Part shown: positions 27,797-37,739 of the stretch, one piece after another | Layout: each line of letters begins with the position of its first letter | How positions within the stretch are numbered: the first letter of the stretch is position 1 | From: Chitinophagales bacterium | GTDB lineage: Bacteria; Bacteroidota; Bacteroidia; Chitinophagales; Chitinophagaceae | Reading direction: 5' to 3' | DNA length: 64,000 nt | NCBI GenBank assembly: GCA_038241275.1 | Contig: JBBRFX010000002.1 | Coordinates: 6,218-70,217, forward strand | Notes under the pieces: model-generated | Told to the model about the DNA's origin: nothing | The model's input: the letters and a program-made list of their open reading frames with translations, nothing else | The model's database searches: none | Translations under genes and position numbers: made by a program

Positions 27797-28807
27797 TCAG
27801 CTTTTAAGGGTTTGAAAAAACAAATTCAACAACTCTTTTGCAGCAACAATAGCCGGAATTTTTTCTTTCTCCACCGCCTGCTGCAAATGCCCGATGGTAT
27901 TTTTAACCGGGCCATGATTGTAAAAGCTATTTTGCAACTGGTCTTTTATTACATCATGCATCCATTGCAGGTTTTGCTGTTGCCTGTTAATGCTGAAGAA
28001 ATCAGTCTCCTTCATTTTTGCTTCATAGTTGCAGATGATTTCCCATATTTCTTTTATGCCATCATTATTTATGGCAGAGCAGGTGATAACTTTAGGATAC
28101 CAATTGTTATCATTGGGCGGAAACATGTGTAATGCGTTCTCGTATTGGCGCATAGCCATCTCACTGCGTTTTATATTATCTCCGTCTGCTTTATTTATGG
28201 CAATAAGGTCTGCCATTTCCATAATGCCTCTTTTAATTCCCTGCAGTTCATCCCCTGCACCAGATAACATAATGAGCAGAAAAAAATCAACAATGCCCTT
28301 TACACTTATTTCGCTTTGCCCCACACCTACGGTTTCTACAATGATCACATCAAAGCCTGCGGCTTCGCAAAGTAATATTGTTTCTCTTGTGCGGCTATGC
28401 ACACCGCCAAGGGTTGCACCCGAAGCAGAAGGCCGCACAAAGGCCCTTGGGTCATTGGCCAAAGATTCCATTCTCGTTTTATCTCCTAATATACTACCCT
28501 TGGTTTTCTGGCTGCTGGGGTCTATAGTGAGTACAGCTACTTTTTTATTTGATGCAGTAAGGTAGCCGCCAAAACTTTCTATGAGTGTACTTTTTCCGGC
28601 ACCCGGCACACCTGTAATCCCTATTCTTATTGACTTGCCGGTGTGCGGCAATAGCTTTTCCAGTACCGCTTCTGCCAGTTGGTTATCAGAATCAAGCCTG
28701 CTCTCTACCAGTGTAATAGCTTTTCCCAGCATTACTCTTTCGCCGTTTAAAATGCCCTCTACATATTCTTCGGGTGCATGTCGTTTATTTTTAAATACCG
28801 ATTTCAT
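27797..28807 (-). CDS. meaB: Methylmalonyl-CoA mutase-associated GTPase MeaB/ArgK
   Basis: GITGVPGAGKS, DPSS...GSILGDKTRM, ETVGVGQSE, NKAD. Confidence 0.95.
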   Translation of the reverse strand: MKSVFKNKRHAPEEYVEGILNGERVMLGKAITLVESRLDSDNQLAEAVLEKLLPHTGKSIRIGITGVPGAGKSTLIESFGGYLTASNKKVAVLTIDPSSQKTKGSILGDKTRMESLANDPRAFVRPSASGATLGGVHSRTRETILLCEAAGFDVIIVETVGVGQSEISVKGIVDFFLLIMLSGAGDELQGIKRGIMEMADLIAINKADGDNIKRSEMAMRQYENALHMFPPNDNNWYPKVITCSAINNDGIKEIWEIICNYEAKMKETDFFSINRQQQNLQWMHDVIKDQLQNSFYNHGPVKNTIGHLQQAVEKEKIPAIVAAKELLNLFFQTLKS

Positions 28808-28827
28808 GATTGATATTTTTTAAAATA

Positions 28828-28841
28828 CTGATAACAGTCAG
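28828..28841. promoter_or_regulatory. CRP/FNR-type palindrome in the meaB-nhaD divergent region
   Basis: CTGA-TAACAG-TCAG (TGA-N6-TCA). Confidence 0.35.
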
Positions 28842-29099
28842 GTTTGTTACCATTCACTATATATTACTTTTGACTCCGCAAATTCAAAATAACCAATCGT
28901 TATAATAACCAATCCGCTTAGAGGTTTCAAAATTATAGATAAATAGAATAGGAAATTTTGGAAGTGAAAGAGGGATTGTACAAACAGGGCTTGCCATTAA
29001 CTGCTTTTGTTTATATCTGTACCTTAGTAAAAAATGTTCATGCATGCCTGTAGAAATACCGTAAGGTTTTCTTTGGCATTGTTTAAAATTCTTTTGAAA

Positions 29100-30374
29100 A
29101 TGGGGACCTCGTTACTAATTCTTTCTTCAGCAATTTTTGTGGCAGGTTATATCTGTATTGCACTGGAACATTCTTTAAAAGTAAGTAAATCTGCAGTGGC
29201 ATTAATTACGGGAACTTTGTTATGGTTACTGGTAGCACTCAGCAAATCAGGCCAGGGAATTTCGGATGATCTTACCCATGCAGGCTCCGAGGTATTTTCA
29301 ATTGTTGTATTTCTTCTTGCTGCCATGTCTTTAATAGAAATACTGGTACACTATCGCTTTTTTGATATCATACGGGGCAAACTGTTTGCCTTAAAACTTA
29401 ATGAACACAAGCAGTTTCTCATCATCAGCCTGCTAAGTTTTTTTCTATCTGCGGTTATAGATAATCTTACCACAACTATTATCATGATCCAGATATCACG
29501 CCGGTTTTTTAAGGGTGATAACCTGCTCATAGCTACTGCCGGAATCGTTATCAGCGCCAATGCTGGTGGGGCCTTTTCGCCTATTGGCGATGTTACAACC
29601 ATCATGCTTTGGTTTGCCAAAAAGTTCGGTACACTCGAAATAATTTATAAGGGCTTTCTCCCTTCCTTTGCTTTATGGCTGGTATCAACCAGTTTGCTGC
29701 TTCGCAAAATAAAACCTGCTGACAATGATAATGAAAACGAGGTAATCACCCGGTTGTCTAGCTCAGAGATAATAGTAATAGCTTCGGTATTCTTTTCTTT
29801 TTCTTTACCCTTAATCGTTAGCCTTATGGGGCTTCCTCCATATTTTGGGTTGTTGTTTGGGCTGGGGTTTGTATGGGTATTGGTAGATCTGCTTAAAAGA
29901 TTTAAGCCAGGGCCTACCCATCTTTCTGCTTCTATTGACGATTTTTTAAAAAAGACAGATATATCATCACTTAAATTTTTCATAGGCATTTTACTGGCAG
30001 TATCTGCACTTCATAGCCTGGGTACATTAGAGATGCTGGCACATTATATATATGGAGATGTACCCGGTACCGGATCCTATATTACCGGCAATATTTTACT
30101 TGGCCTTATTTCATCCATACTGGATAACGTGCCTCTTACGGCAATGGCTATACAAATGCTTAACACTACAGATTCCAGCTTATGGATATTGCTTGCAATA
30201 ACCGCCGGAACAGGAGGATCCTTACTTGTAATAGGCTCTGCTGCAGGCGTTGTAGCCATGGGCATGGTAAAGGAATTAAGTTTTGGTAAATATTTTAAAA
30301 TTGCTTTTGTTCCGGCACTTGCCGGGTTTGCTGCTGCAATTATAATTTGGTACCTGCAATATTGGCTGTTTTGA
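29100..30374 (+). CDS. nhaD: NhaD-type Na+/H+ antiporter
   Basis: DNLTT, ANAGGAFSPIGDVTT, DNVPL, GGSLLVIGSAAGV; ATG at 29100. Confidence 0.85.
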   Translation: MGTSLLILSSAIFVAGYICIALEHSLKVSKSAVALITGTLLWLLVALSKSGQGISDDLTHAGSEVFSIVVFLLAAMSLIEILVHYRFFDIIRGKLFALKLNEHKQFLIISLLSFFLSAVIDNLTTTIIMIQISRRFFKGDNLLIATAGIVISANAGGAFSPIGDVTTIMLWFAKKFGTLEIIYKGFLPSFALWLVSTSLLLRKIKPADNDNENEVITRLSSSEIIVIASVFFSFSLPLIVSLMGLPPYFGLLFGLGFVWVLVDLLKRFKPGPTHLSASIDDFLKKTDISSLKFFIGILLAVSALHSLGTLEMLAHYIYGDVPGTGSYITGNILLGLISSILDNVPLTAMAIQMLNTTDSSLWILLAITAGTGGSLLVIGSAAGVVAMGMVKELSFGKYFKIAFVPALAGFAAAIIIWYLQYWLF

Positions 30375-30398
30375 TATGACATTAATTTTTTTTCATTG

Positions 30399-30410
30399 TG
30401 ATATTTATCA
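30399..30410. promoter_or_regulatory. CRP/FNR-type box upstream of the mce-mmd-mut operon
   Basis: TGAT-ATTT-ATCA about 75 nt before the mce start. Confidence 0.45.
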
Positions 30411-30485
30411 GTATTTAAAACACGGATCTATCTTATTTTTATAGTTTGAAAAACCTTCCTACACATACCACTAATTTCCCTCACA

Positions 30486-30893
30486 ATGCAACTGAATTAT
30501 ATTGAGCACATTGGTATAGCGGTAAAAGACCTTAACGCAGCCATTAAATACTACGAAGAAGTTTTAGGCCTCACATGTTATTCCATAGAAGAAGTTCCGG
30601 AGCAAAAAGTTAAAACAGCTTTTTTCAAAATCGGGCAAACAAAAATTGAACTATTGGAGAGTACTTCTCCCGACGGGCCCGTAGGAAAGTTCATCGAAAA
30701 AAAGGGAGAAGGCATTCACCACATTGCCTTTGCGGTAAATGATATAGAGGCACAACTCCTGGATGCTTCCTCAAAATCAATACAGCTCATAGATGCGGTT
30801 CCACGAAAAGGAGCCGAAGGATTGGATATCGCCTTCCTTCATCCAAAATCTACTTTTGGAGTGTTAACAGAATTGTGCGAAAAGAAACTCTAA
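30486..30893 (+). CDS. mce: Methylmalonyl-CoA epimerase
   Basis: EHIGIAV, KIELLE, GEGIHHIAF, FLHPKST.GVLTEL. Confidence 0.95.
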   Translation: MQLNYIEHIGIAVKDLNAAIKYYEEVLGLTCYSIEEVPEQKVKTAFFKIGQTKIELLESTSPDGPVGKFIEKKGEGIHHIAFAVNDIEAQLLDASSKSIQLIDAVPRKGAEGLDIAFLHPKSTFGVLTELCEKKL

Positions 30894-30914
30894 ATAAATA
30901 AAACCACTCATACC

Positions 30915-32477
30915 ATGTCGTCAAATACAGAAAAAATCAGGGAGCTTGTTTCCAGGCGGGAAGAAGCCCGGCTTGGAGGCGGAATCAAACGTATAGATGC
31001 CCAGCATGCCAAAGGAAAGCTTACTGCAAGGGAGCGAATAGAATTGCTGCTGGACGAAGGAAGCTTTGAGGAGTATGATATGTTCGTTACCCACAGAACC
31101 ATGTCGTTTGGGATGGAGAATGAAAAATATTATTCTGATGGAGTTGTTACCGGCAGGGGCACCATTGATGGAAGGCTCACTTATGTTTATTCCCAGGATT
31201 TTACCATATTTGGCGGATCGCTTTCTGAAACTTTTGCTGCTAAAATATGCAAGGTGTTGGACGAAGCCATGAAGGTGGGTGCACCGGTAATAGGCCTCAA
31301 CGATTCTGGTGGAGCCAGGATACAGGAAGGGGTGCGTTCGCTTGCAGGCTATGCCGAAATCTTTCAACGCAATATTCTTGCATCAGGTGTGGTGCCGCAG
31401 ATCAGCGCCGTGTTTGGCCCTTGCGCAGGTGGTGCAGTTTATTCCCCGGCGCTTACGGATTTTGTGCTGATGACAGAAAATACTTCTTACATGTTTGTAA
31501 CCGGCCCCAAGGTGGTACAAACCGTAACCGGCGAAGTAATCAGCACCGAAGACCTTGGCGGCGCAACGGTGCATGCTACAAAATCAGGCGTATCTCATTT
31601 TCTTTCAGAAACAGAGCAGGAGGGCATATCGCTCATCCGTAAACTGATGAGTTATCTTCCGCAGAACAATCTTGAAGATCCCCCGGTTTTACAAAACAGC
31701 GATCCTATAGACCGGCTCGAAGAAATTCTGAATGAAATTATACCAGACAGCGCCAATAAGCCCTACGATGTAAAAGATGTGGTAAAAGCCACTATTGATA
31801 ATGCCGATTTCCTGGAAGTGCAGAGAAACTATGCAAAAAATATTGTAACAGGTTTTGCCCGTTACAATGGCCGGCCCGTGGGTATTGTGGCCAACCAACC
31901 TTTGTTTCTCGCCGGAGTGTTAGACATCAATGCATCGAGAAAAGCAGCAAGGTTTGTACGGTTTTGTGATGCCTTTAATATACCCATTGTAACGTTTGTA
32001 GATGTGCCCGGCTTTTTACCCGGCAGTGCACAGGAGTATGGCGGCATTATTTTGCATGGCGCAAAATTATTGTTTGCTTATGGAGAAGCCACAGTGCCTA
32101 AGGTAACCATCACCTTGAGGAAATCTTATGGCGGTGCGCATGATGTGATGAGCTGCAAGCAGCTTCGGGGCGATGTGAATTATGCATGGCCTACAGCAGA
32201 AATTGCAGTGATGGGAGCAAAAGGGGCTATAGAAGTACTGGAAGGAAAAAATATTGCAAAGCTGGAAAACGCAGAAGACAAGGCAAAATACATCCTTGAA
32301 AAAGAAACAGAGTATATAGAAAAATTTGCCAATCCCTACCAGGCTGCCAAGTACGGTTTTATAGATGATATTATTGAACCCAGAAACACCAGGTTCCGCA
32401 TCATTCGTTCGCTGGAAGCACTTGCTACCAAGAAGCAGGTAAATCCGCCAAAAAAACATTCTAATATACCTTTATAA
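30915..32477 (+). CDS. mmdA: Methylmalonyl-CoA decarboxylase alpha (carboxyltransferase) subunit
   Basis: [39 protein letters not shown]; operon context. Confidence 0.88.
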   Translation: MSSNTEKIRELVSRREEARLGGGIKRIDAQHAKGKLTARERIELLLDEGSFEEYDMFVTHRTMSFGMENEKYYSDGVVTGRGTIDGRLTYVYSQDFTIFGGSLSETFAAKICKVLDEAMKVGAPVIGLNDSGGARIQEGVRSLAGYAEIFQRNILASGVVPQISAVFGPCAGGAVYSPALTDFVLMTENTSYMFVTGPKVVQTVTGEVISTEDLGGATVHATKSGVSHFLSETEQEGISLIRKLMSYLPQNNLEDPPVLQNSDPIDRLEEILNEIIPDSANKPYDVKDVVKATIDNADFLEVQRNYAKNIVTGFARYNGRPVGIVANQPLFLAGVLDINASRKAARFVRFCDAFNIPIVTFVDVPGFLPGSAQEYGGIILHGAKLLFAYGEATVPKVTITLRKSYGGAHDVMSCKQLRGDVNYAWPTAEIAVMGAKGAIEVLEGKNIAKLENAEDKAKYILEKETEYIEKFANPYQAAKYGFIDDIIEPRNTRFRIIRSLEALATKKQVNPPKKHSNIPL

Positions 32478-32488
32478 AATATAACGCT

Positions 32489-32830
32489 ATGAGCTTAGAT
32501 ATGGAAAGAGGCCTCATCATCCTGATTGTGGGTGTCTTAATAGTTTTCCTCGGGTTGGTACTCCTCGTCATCGTATTTCAGTACGTGGTTCCATACCTGC
32601 TTTCAATAAAAACGAATAAAAAACAGGTGCTCGTAGCAGCACCTGAGAAGAAGCAGTCGCCTCAACAACGCACCGGCGAAGAAATTACCGCCATTGCAGC
32701 CGCTATTCATCTTTTTATGGAAGAAGCACATGATGAAGAGAACGCTATCCTTACTATAGGGTTGTCTCCCAAGAATTATTCGCCATGGAGCTCAAAAATA
32801 TATGGCACACACCAGCTCGTAAGAAAATAA
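32489..32830 (+). CDS. Na+-decarboxylase OadG/MmdD anchor subunit
   Basis: N-terminal TM, AIAAAI, YSPWSSKIY. Confidence 0.85.
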   Translation: MSLDMERGLIILIVGVLIVFLGLVLLVIVFQYVVPYLLSIKTNKKQVLVAAPEKKQSPQQRTGEEITAIAAAIHLFMEEAHDEENAILTIGLSPKNYSPWSSKIYGTHQLVRK

Positions 32831-32854
32831 TACTCCACCATAAAATGGATAAAC

Positions 32855-33274
32855 ATGAAGAAATATAAGTTTAAAATCAATGGCAGTTCCTACCATATAG
32901 ATATCAAGGAAACATCCGGTAACCTCATACAGATTGAGGTAAATGGTTCTCCGTACGAAGTAGTAATGGATGGCGAAGTAAAAACTTCTAAAACTCCGGT
33001 GCTCATCAGAACAGAACCAAGGCTCACACAAAAAGTAGATTCGCTCACCACTTCTGACACGCTGAAAAAAGTACTGTCTCCATTACCAGGGATTGTGCTG
33101 GAGTTATTGGTAAAAGAAGGCGATGTTGTAAAGTCAGGCGACAAGCTGCTGGTGTTGGAAGCTATGAAAATGGAAAACATGATCCTGGCTGAGAACTCCG
33201 GGACAGTCCATTCGGTGAAAGTAGCAGCAAAAAGTACTGTATTGCAGGGCGACCTCCTGCTAGAAATCCTTTAA
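32855..33274 (+). CDS. mmdC: Biotin carboxyl carrier subunit (MmdC)
   Basis: SPLPG, LEAMKMEN biotinylation motif. Confidence 0.88.
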   Translation: MKKYKFKINGSSYHIDIKETSGNLIQIEVNGSPYEVVMDGEVKTSKTPVLIRTEPRLTQKVDSLTTSDTLKKVLSPLPGIVLELLVKEGDVVKSGDKLLVLEAMKMENMILAENSGTVHSVKVAAKSTVLQGDLLLEIL

Positions 33275-33283
33275 TATTTATGT

Positions 33284-34540
33284 ATGAAAAAATTGTTTAA
33301 ATACCTTGTTCTTATCATGCTGGTAGTATGTGTTGGTGGCTATGCCCTGGCGCAGGTAGTTCCATCAGTTATGGAAGCCACACCGGGTGGAGGACTTTAC
33401 GAGGAAACCCTGCGGGGCCTTATGAGATTTTTAAATTTTACAGGTTTTGCCAATGTAACCTTCGGGCATCTGATTATGATCTCGGTGGGCCTTCTTTTCA
33501 TATGGCTGGCCATCAAATACGATTATGAACCACTGTTGCTCATTCCCATAGGCGTAGGAATTCTGATGGGCAACATTCCCTTTGTTGGAGGCTACCAGGT
33601 AGGCATATACGAACCCGGTTCTGTATTAAGTTATCTTCATTTTGGCGTACTTAAAGGAATATATCCACCATTAATTTTCCTGGGTATTGGTGCCATGACA
33701 GATTTTTCTACGCTGATTTCTAATCCTAAATTGGTGCTATTGGGTGCAGCCGCACAAATTGGTGTATTCGCCACTTTTGTAGGTGCTATCCTGCTTGGCT
33801 TTACTTTAAAGGAAGCCGGCGCAATTGGTATCATTGGTGGTGCAGATGGTCCCACTGCCATTTTTCTTTCTGCTAAGCTTGCACCACAACTTATTGGCCC
33901 CATTGCCATAGCCGCTTATTCTTACATGGCCCTCGTTCCGGTTATTCAGCCGCCCATAATGAAACTGCTTACCACGTCTAAAGAAAAAAGAATAAGAATG
34001 AAACCGCCACGGGCAGTATCAAAACAGGAAAAAATATTATTCCCCATCATTGGGCTTTTACTTACCTGTTTTATTTCACCTTCTGCCCTGCCATTGCTGG
34101 GTATGTTATTCTTTGGAAACATTTTAAAAGAATCAGGCAGAACAGAGCGCCTTGCAGATACTGCAAGAACTAAGATGATAGACATCGTTACCATATTGAT
34201 TGGTATTACTGTAGGCGCTTCTACACAGGCAGACGTCTTCCTTACATGGGACTCACTAAAAATATTCTTATTGGGTGCGGCTTCTTTTGTAGTGGCAACA
34301 GCAGGCGGTGTACTTTTTGCAAAATTCATGAACCTATTTTTGAAGGAAGGCAATAAGATCAATCCTTTGATTGGATCTGCAGGTGTATCCGCCGTGCCGG
34401 ATAGTGCAAGGGTTTCGCAGGTAGTCGGGCTTCAGTATGACCCCAACAATCACCTGCTGATGCATGCGATGGCCCCCAATGTGGCAGGCGTTATAGGCAG
34501 TGCTATAGCCGCTGGTATATTGTTGAGTTTTCTTGGTTAA
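33284..34540 (+). CDS. mmdB: Na+-translocating decarboxylase beta subunit (MmdB/OadB)
   Basis: EPLLLIPIG, GAMTDF, IIGGADGPT, HAMAPNVAGVIGSA. Confidence 0.92.
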   Translation: MKKLFKYLVLIMLVVCVGGYALAQVVPSVMEATPGGGLYEETLRGLMRFLNFTGFANVTFGHLIMISVGLLFIWLAIKYDYEPLLLIPIGVGILMGNIPFVGGYQVGIYEPGSVLSYLHFGVLKGIYPPLIFLGIGAMTDFSTLISNPKLVLLGAAAQIGVFATFVGAILLGFTLKEAGAIGIIGGADGPTAIFLSAKLAPQLIGPIAIAAYSYMALVPVIQPPIMKLLTTSKEKRIRMKPPRAVSKQEKILFPIIGLLLTCFISPSALPLLGMLFFGNILKESGRTERLADTARTKMIDIVTILIGITVGASTQADVFLTWDSLKIFLLGAASFVVATAGGVLFAKFMNLFLKEGNKINPLIGSAGVSAVPDSARVSQVVGLQYDPNNHLLMHAMAPNVAGVIGSAIAAGILLSFLG

Positions 34541-34554
34541 AAAAAATATTTAAA

Positions 34555-35865
34555 ATGGCAAATTATGTATCTGCCCATGAAGCAGTAAAACTCATCAAGT
34601 CGGGCGATAGGGTGCTGGTGCAGGCGGCATCTGCCACTCCGCAAACATTGCTTAAAGCAATGGTTGCACGGGCCCCGGAGCTGCGTGATGTTGAAATTGT
34701 GCACATTCACACAGAAGGATACGCCGAATATGCAGATCCTAAATATGCAGAAAGTTTTAGAACCAATTGCTTTTTTATTGGTGGTAACATGAGAAAATAT
34801 GTGCAGCTTGGAAGTGCACAATACAATCCTGTTTTTTTAAGTGATATTCCGCATTTGTTCCGCAATGGCACTATGCCGCTGGATGTGGTATTGCTGAATG
34901 TATCTCCGCCAGATAAACACGGCTACTGCTCCCTCGGTGTATCAGTTGATATAGTGGTGGGCGGGCTGGAAAATGCCAAAACCATCATTGCACAAATCAA
35001 TCCACGCATGCCCCGAACCTATGGCGACGGTATCATTCATATCAGCCGCTTTAATGCTTGCGTGGCAGTAGATGAACCCATACATGAACTAAGCTTTGGC
35101 GCCGCCAGCCCCGAAGAAACCAGCATAGGCCGATACATTGCAGAGATGATTGAAGATGGTTCTACGCTGCAGATGGGCATTGGGGGCATCCCCAATTCGG
35201 TATTGGGATGCCTTACAAGCCACAGAGATCTTGGCGTGCATACAGAAATGTTTTCTGAAGGCATCCTCCCGCTTATAGAAAACGGCGTGGTGAACGGTTC
35301 TAAAAAAACGGTATTAAAACACATGATCGTTTCTGGTTTTGCCATGGGCACAAGGAAGCTCTACGATTTTATGGATGACAATCCTATTGTGTTGATGATG
35401 GATATTTCTTTTGTAAACGATACCGCCATCATTCGCAGAAATCCTAAAGTGATAGCCATTAATTCAGCAATAGAAGTTGATCTTACCGGGCAAATATGTG
35501 CTGATAGCATTGGTACTAAAATGTACTCCGGCGTGGGAGGGCAGATGGATTTTATGAGGGGCGCTGCGCTTTCTCCGGGCGGAAAAGCAATTTGTGCATT
35601 AACTTCGGCTACAGAAAAAGGAATTTCTAAAATTGTTCCTACATTAAAAATGGGAGCAGGTGTAGTTACTACCAGGGCACATGCCCAGTATGTAGTAACA
35701 GAATTTGGTGTAGCAGATCTGAAAGGGAAAAACCTGGCGCAAAGAGCAAAGGCTTTAATTAATGTATCGCATCCTTCCTCCAGGGAAGAACTGGAAAGAG
35801 AGGCCCATGCAAGATTTGGTGCAAGTCTTTATTTTTTTAACGGTGGCAGTTTAGCAGGGTTTTAA
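34555..35865 (+). CDS. Acetyl-CoA hydrolase/CoA-transferase family (4-hydroxybutyrate/succinate CoA-transferase-like)
   Basis: TLQMGIGGIP, LGVHTEM, SGVGGQMDF, VTEFG. Confidence 0.88.
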   Translation: MANYVSAHEAVKLIKSGDRVLVQAASATPQTLLKAMVARAPELRDVEIVHIHTEGYAEYADPKYAESFRTNCFFIGGNMRKYVQLGSAQYNPVFLSDIPHLFRNGTMPLDVVLLNVSPPDKHGYCSLGVSVDIVVGGLENAKTIIAQINPRMPRTYGDGIIHISRFNACVAVDEPIHELSFGAASPEETSIGRYIAEMIEDGSTLQMGIGGIPNSVLGCLTSHRDLGVHTEMFSEGILPLIENGVVNGSKKTVLKHMIVSGFAMGTRKLYDFMDDNPIVLMMDISFVNDTAIIRRNPKVIAINSAIEVDLTGQICADSIGTKMYSGVGGQMDFMRGAALSPGGKAICALTSATEKGISKIVPTLKMGAGVVTTRAHAQYVVTEFGVADLKGKNLAQRAKALINVSHPSSREELEREAHARFGASLYFFNGGSLAGF

Positions 35866-35909
35866 TACCTGTTGCTGTTACTACAAAATAAATTTTAAAT
35901 GATAGGAGC

Positions 35910-37727
35910 ATGATCACAGGAAATGAAAAGCTTTTTTCGGCATTTGAACCGGCGAGCAAACAAAGCTGGAAAGAAACAGCAATAACTGATCTGAAAGGTG
36001 CTGATTTTGATAAAAAACTGGTATGGAAAACAGATGAAGACATTGCTGTTCAGCCATTTTATACCGCAGAAGATTGGCAGGACGTTTCTATTATTCCCCA
36101 TAAAAGTTCTTCTGCAAAAAGATCATGGACGAATTATGTGGAAGTAGATGTGAAGGACCTTCTGGAAGCAAATAAATTTATGCTGCGCATGATGGAATTT
36201 GATGTAACCGGATTTTTACTGAACATTCTTGAAACAGAAACCATTCACTTTAGTGTTTTATTAAAAGGGATAGATCCGGAAAAAACGGAGATTTCTTTTA
36301 AATTACAATCCCCTTCGCCCACGCTGTTGCATCAGTATTTTAGTTTTGTAACTGCACAAGGCCACCAGCTTGTAAATATTCATGGATTTGTGCAGGCAGA
36401 TGTGCTGGAGGCATGGAGCACAAAAGCAACCGGGCCGGATTTTAAAAACCTGGCAGCGCAATTAAAAATTACGGCGCAGGCAAAAAACTTTAAGGGCCTC
36501 ATGTTAAGTTCCCATGCTTTTGTAAATGCCGGAGCCGGCATTGTACAGGAAGCTGCATTTTTGCTAAACAAACTTACCGATACCATTGAATCGCTGGAAA
36601 AAGAAGGGCTGGAGCAAGAGCAGATTATTTCGCAACTCGCCCTGCACTTGGCCGTGGGCGGCGATTACTTTTTTGAAATAGCCAAACTAAGGGCAATAAA
36701 AAAATTGCTCACAGCAATTCTTTCCTGTTACAGCACAGCCTTACCAGATGTGCCTGTATTAAGCTCCAATGCTGCCTGGTCTAAATCTTTGTACGACCCC
36801 ACAGTAAATATGCTCAGGAATACAACGGAAGCGATGTCTGCAATTCTTGGAGGCTGCAATGCAATCCTGATAAACCCGCACGACAGTACTTACAAAACAC
36901 CCGATGAGTTTACCCATAGAATTGCGCTCAATATTTCTAACCTGCTAAAAGAAGAATCATATTTTGATAAAGTAACCGATCCTGCCGCCGGTTCTTATTA
37001 CATCGAAACCATTACGGCTCAGTTGGCAGAAAAAATGCTGCAATTATTTAACGAAACCGAAGCTGCCGGAGGATATGTTGAATCTTTTAAAAATGGATGG
37101 ATACAGCAAAAAATAGCCGCCTTAAAAGATAAAAAAGAAGCTGAAATTGCCAGCCGCAGAAAAGTATATGTGGGTATGAATAAATATGTAAATGCGCAGG
37201 AAAATATTGCTGCAAAACCGGTTGTAGAAATGCCTGGTTATGCAAATGGTTTTCCTTTATTACATGCCCAGAGGGCAACAAGAAAATTTGAACAGCTAAG
37301 GCAGCAAACGCAACAGCAATTTGTGCTTACCGGTAAAATACCCAGGGTTTACCTGGCATGTTATGGGCATCCTGCCATGAGAACTGCAAGAGCAGCATTT
37401 GCAGAGGAGTTCTTTGGTACTGCAGGGTTTAGCATTGGCGCAGCCACTGTTTTTGAAACTGTGCAAATGGCAGCAGAAGCAGCCGCAAAAGGCGATGCAG
37501 ATATTGTAGTCATTTGTTCCTCCGACGCAGATTATGAAACCGGCGCAATAACATTTGCAGAAATTTTTAAAGGGTTCACAAAAGATAAAAAACTGTTATT
37601 GGCAGGCTATCCCTCAGAAATGATAGAAAATCTGAAGCTGGCCGGTGTAGATGATTTTATACATCAAAAAACAAATGTGGTTGAATTTATTGCTGCATTG
37701 CAGCAAAAATTATTTGCTGTAAAATAA
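35910..37727 (+). CDS. mutA: Methylmalonyl-CoA mutase small (non-catalytic) subunit
   Basis: EIAKLRA, NMLRNTTEAMSAILGG, DPAAGSYYIE, ICSSDADY; lacks DxHxxG. Confidence 0.9.
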   Translation: MITGNEKLFSAFEPASKQSWKETAITDLKGADFDKKLVWKTDEDIAVQPFYTAEDWQDVSIIPHKSSSAKRSWTNYVEVDVKDLLEANKFMLRMMEFDVTGFLLNILETETIHFSVLLKGIDPEKTEISFKLQSPSPTLLHQYFSFVTAQGHQLVNIHGFVQADVLEAWSTKATGPDFKNLAAQLKITAQAKNFKGLMLSSHAFVNAGAGIVQEAAFLLNKLTDTIESLEKEGLEQEQIISQLALHLAVGGDYFFEIAKLRAIKKLLTAILSCYSTALPDVPVLSSNAAWSKSLYDPTVNMLRNTTEAMSAILGGCNAILINPHDSTYKTPDEFTHRIALNISNLLKEESYFDKVTDPAAGSYYIETITAQLAEKMLQLFNETEAAGGYVESFKNGWIQQKIAALKDKKEAEIASRRKVYVGMNKYVNAQENIAAKPVVEMPGYANGFPLLHAQRATRKFEQLRQQTQQQFVLTGKIPRVYLACYGHPAMRTARAAFAEEFFGTAGFSIGAATVFETVQMAAEAAAKGDADIVVICSSDADYETGAITFAEIFKGFTKDKKLLLAGYPSEMIENLKLAGVDDFIHQKTNVVEFIAALQQKLFAVK

Positions 37728-37739
37728 AAAAGAGAAAAG

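Noticed and set aside
28808-29099. Cobalamin riboswitch upstream of B12-dependent genes
   Set aside because: No recognisable B12-box by eye; only an 11-bp direct repeat AATAACCAATC (28888, 28904). An Infernal/Rfam scan would be decisive.
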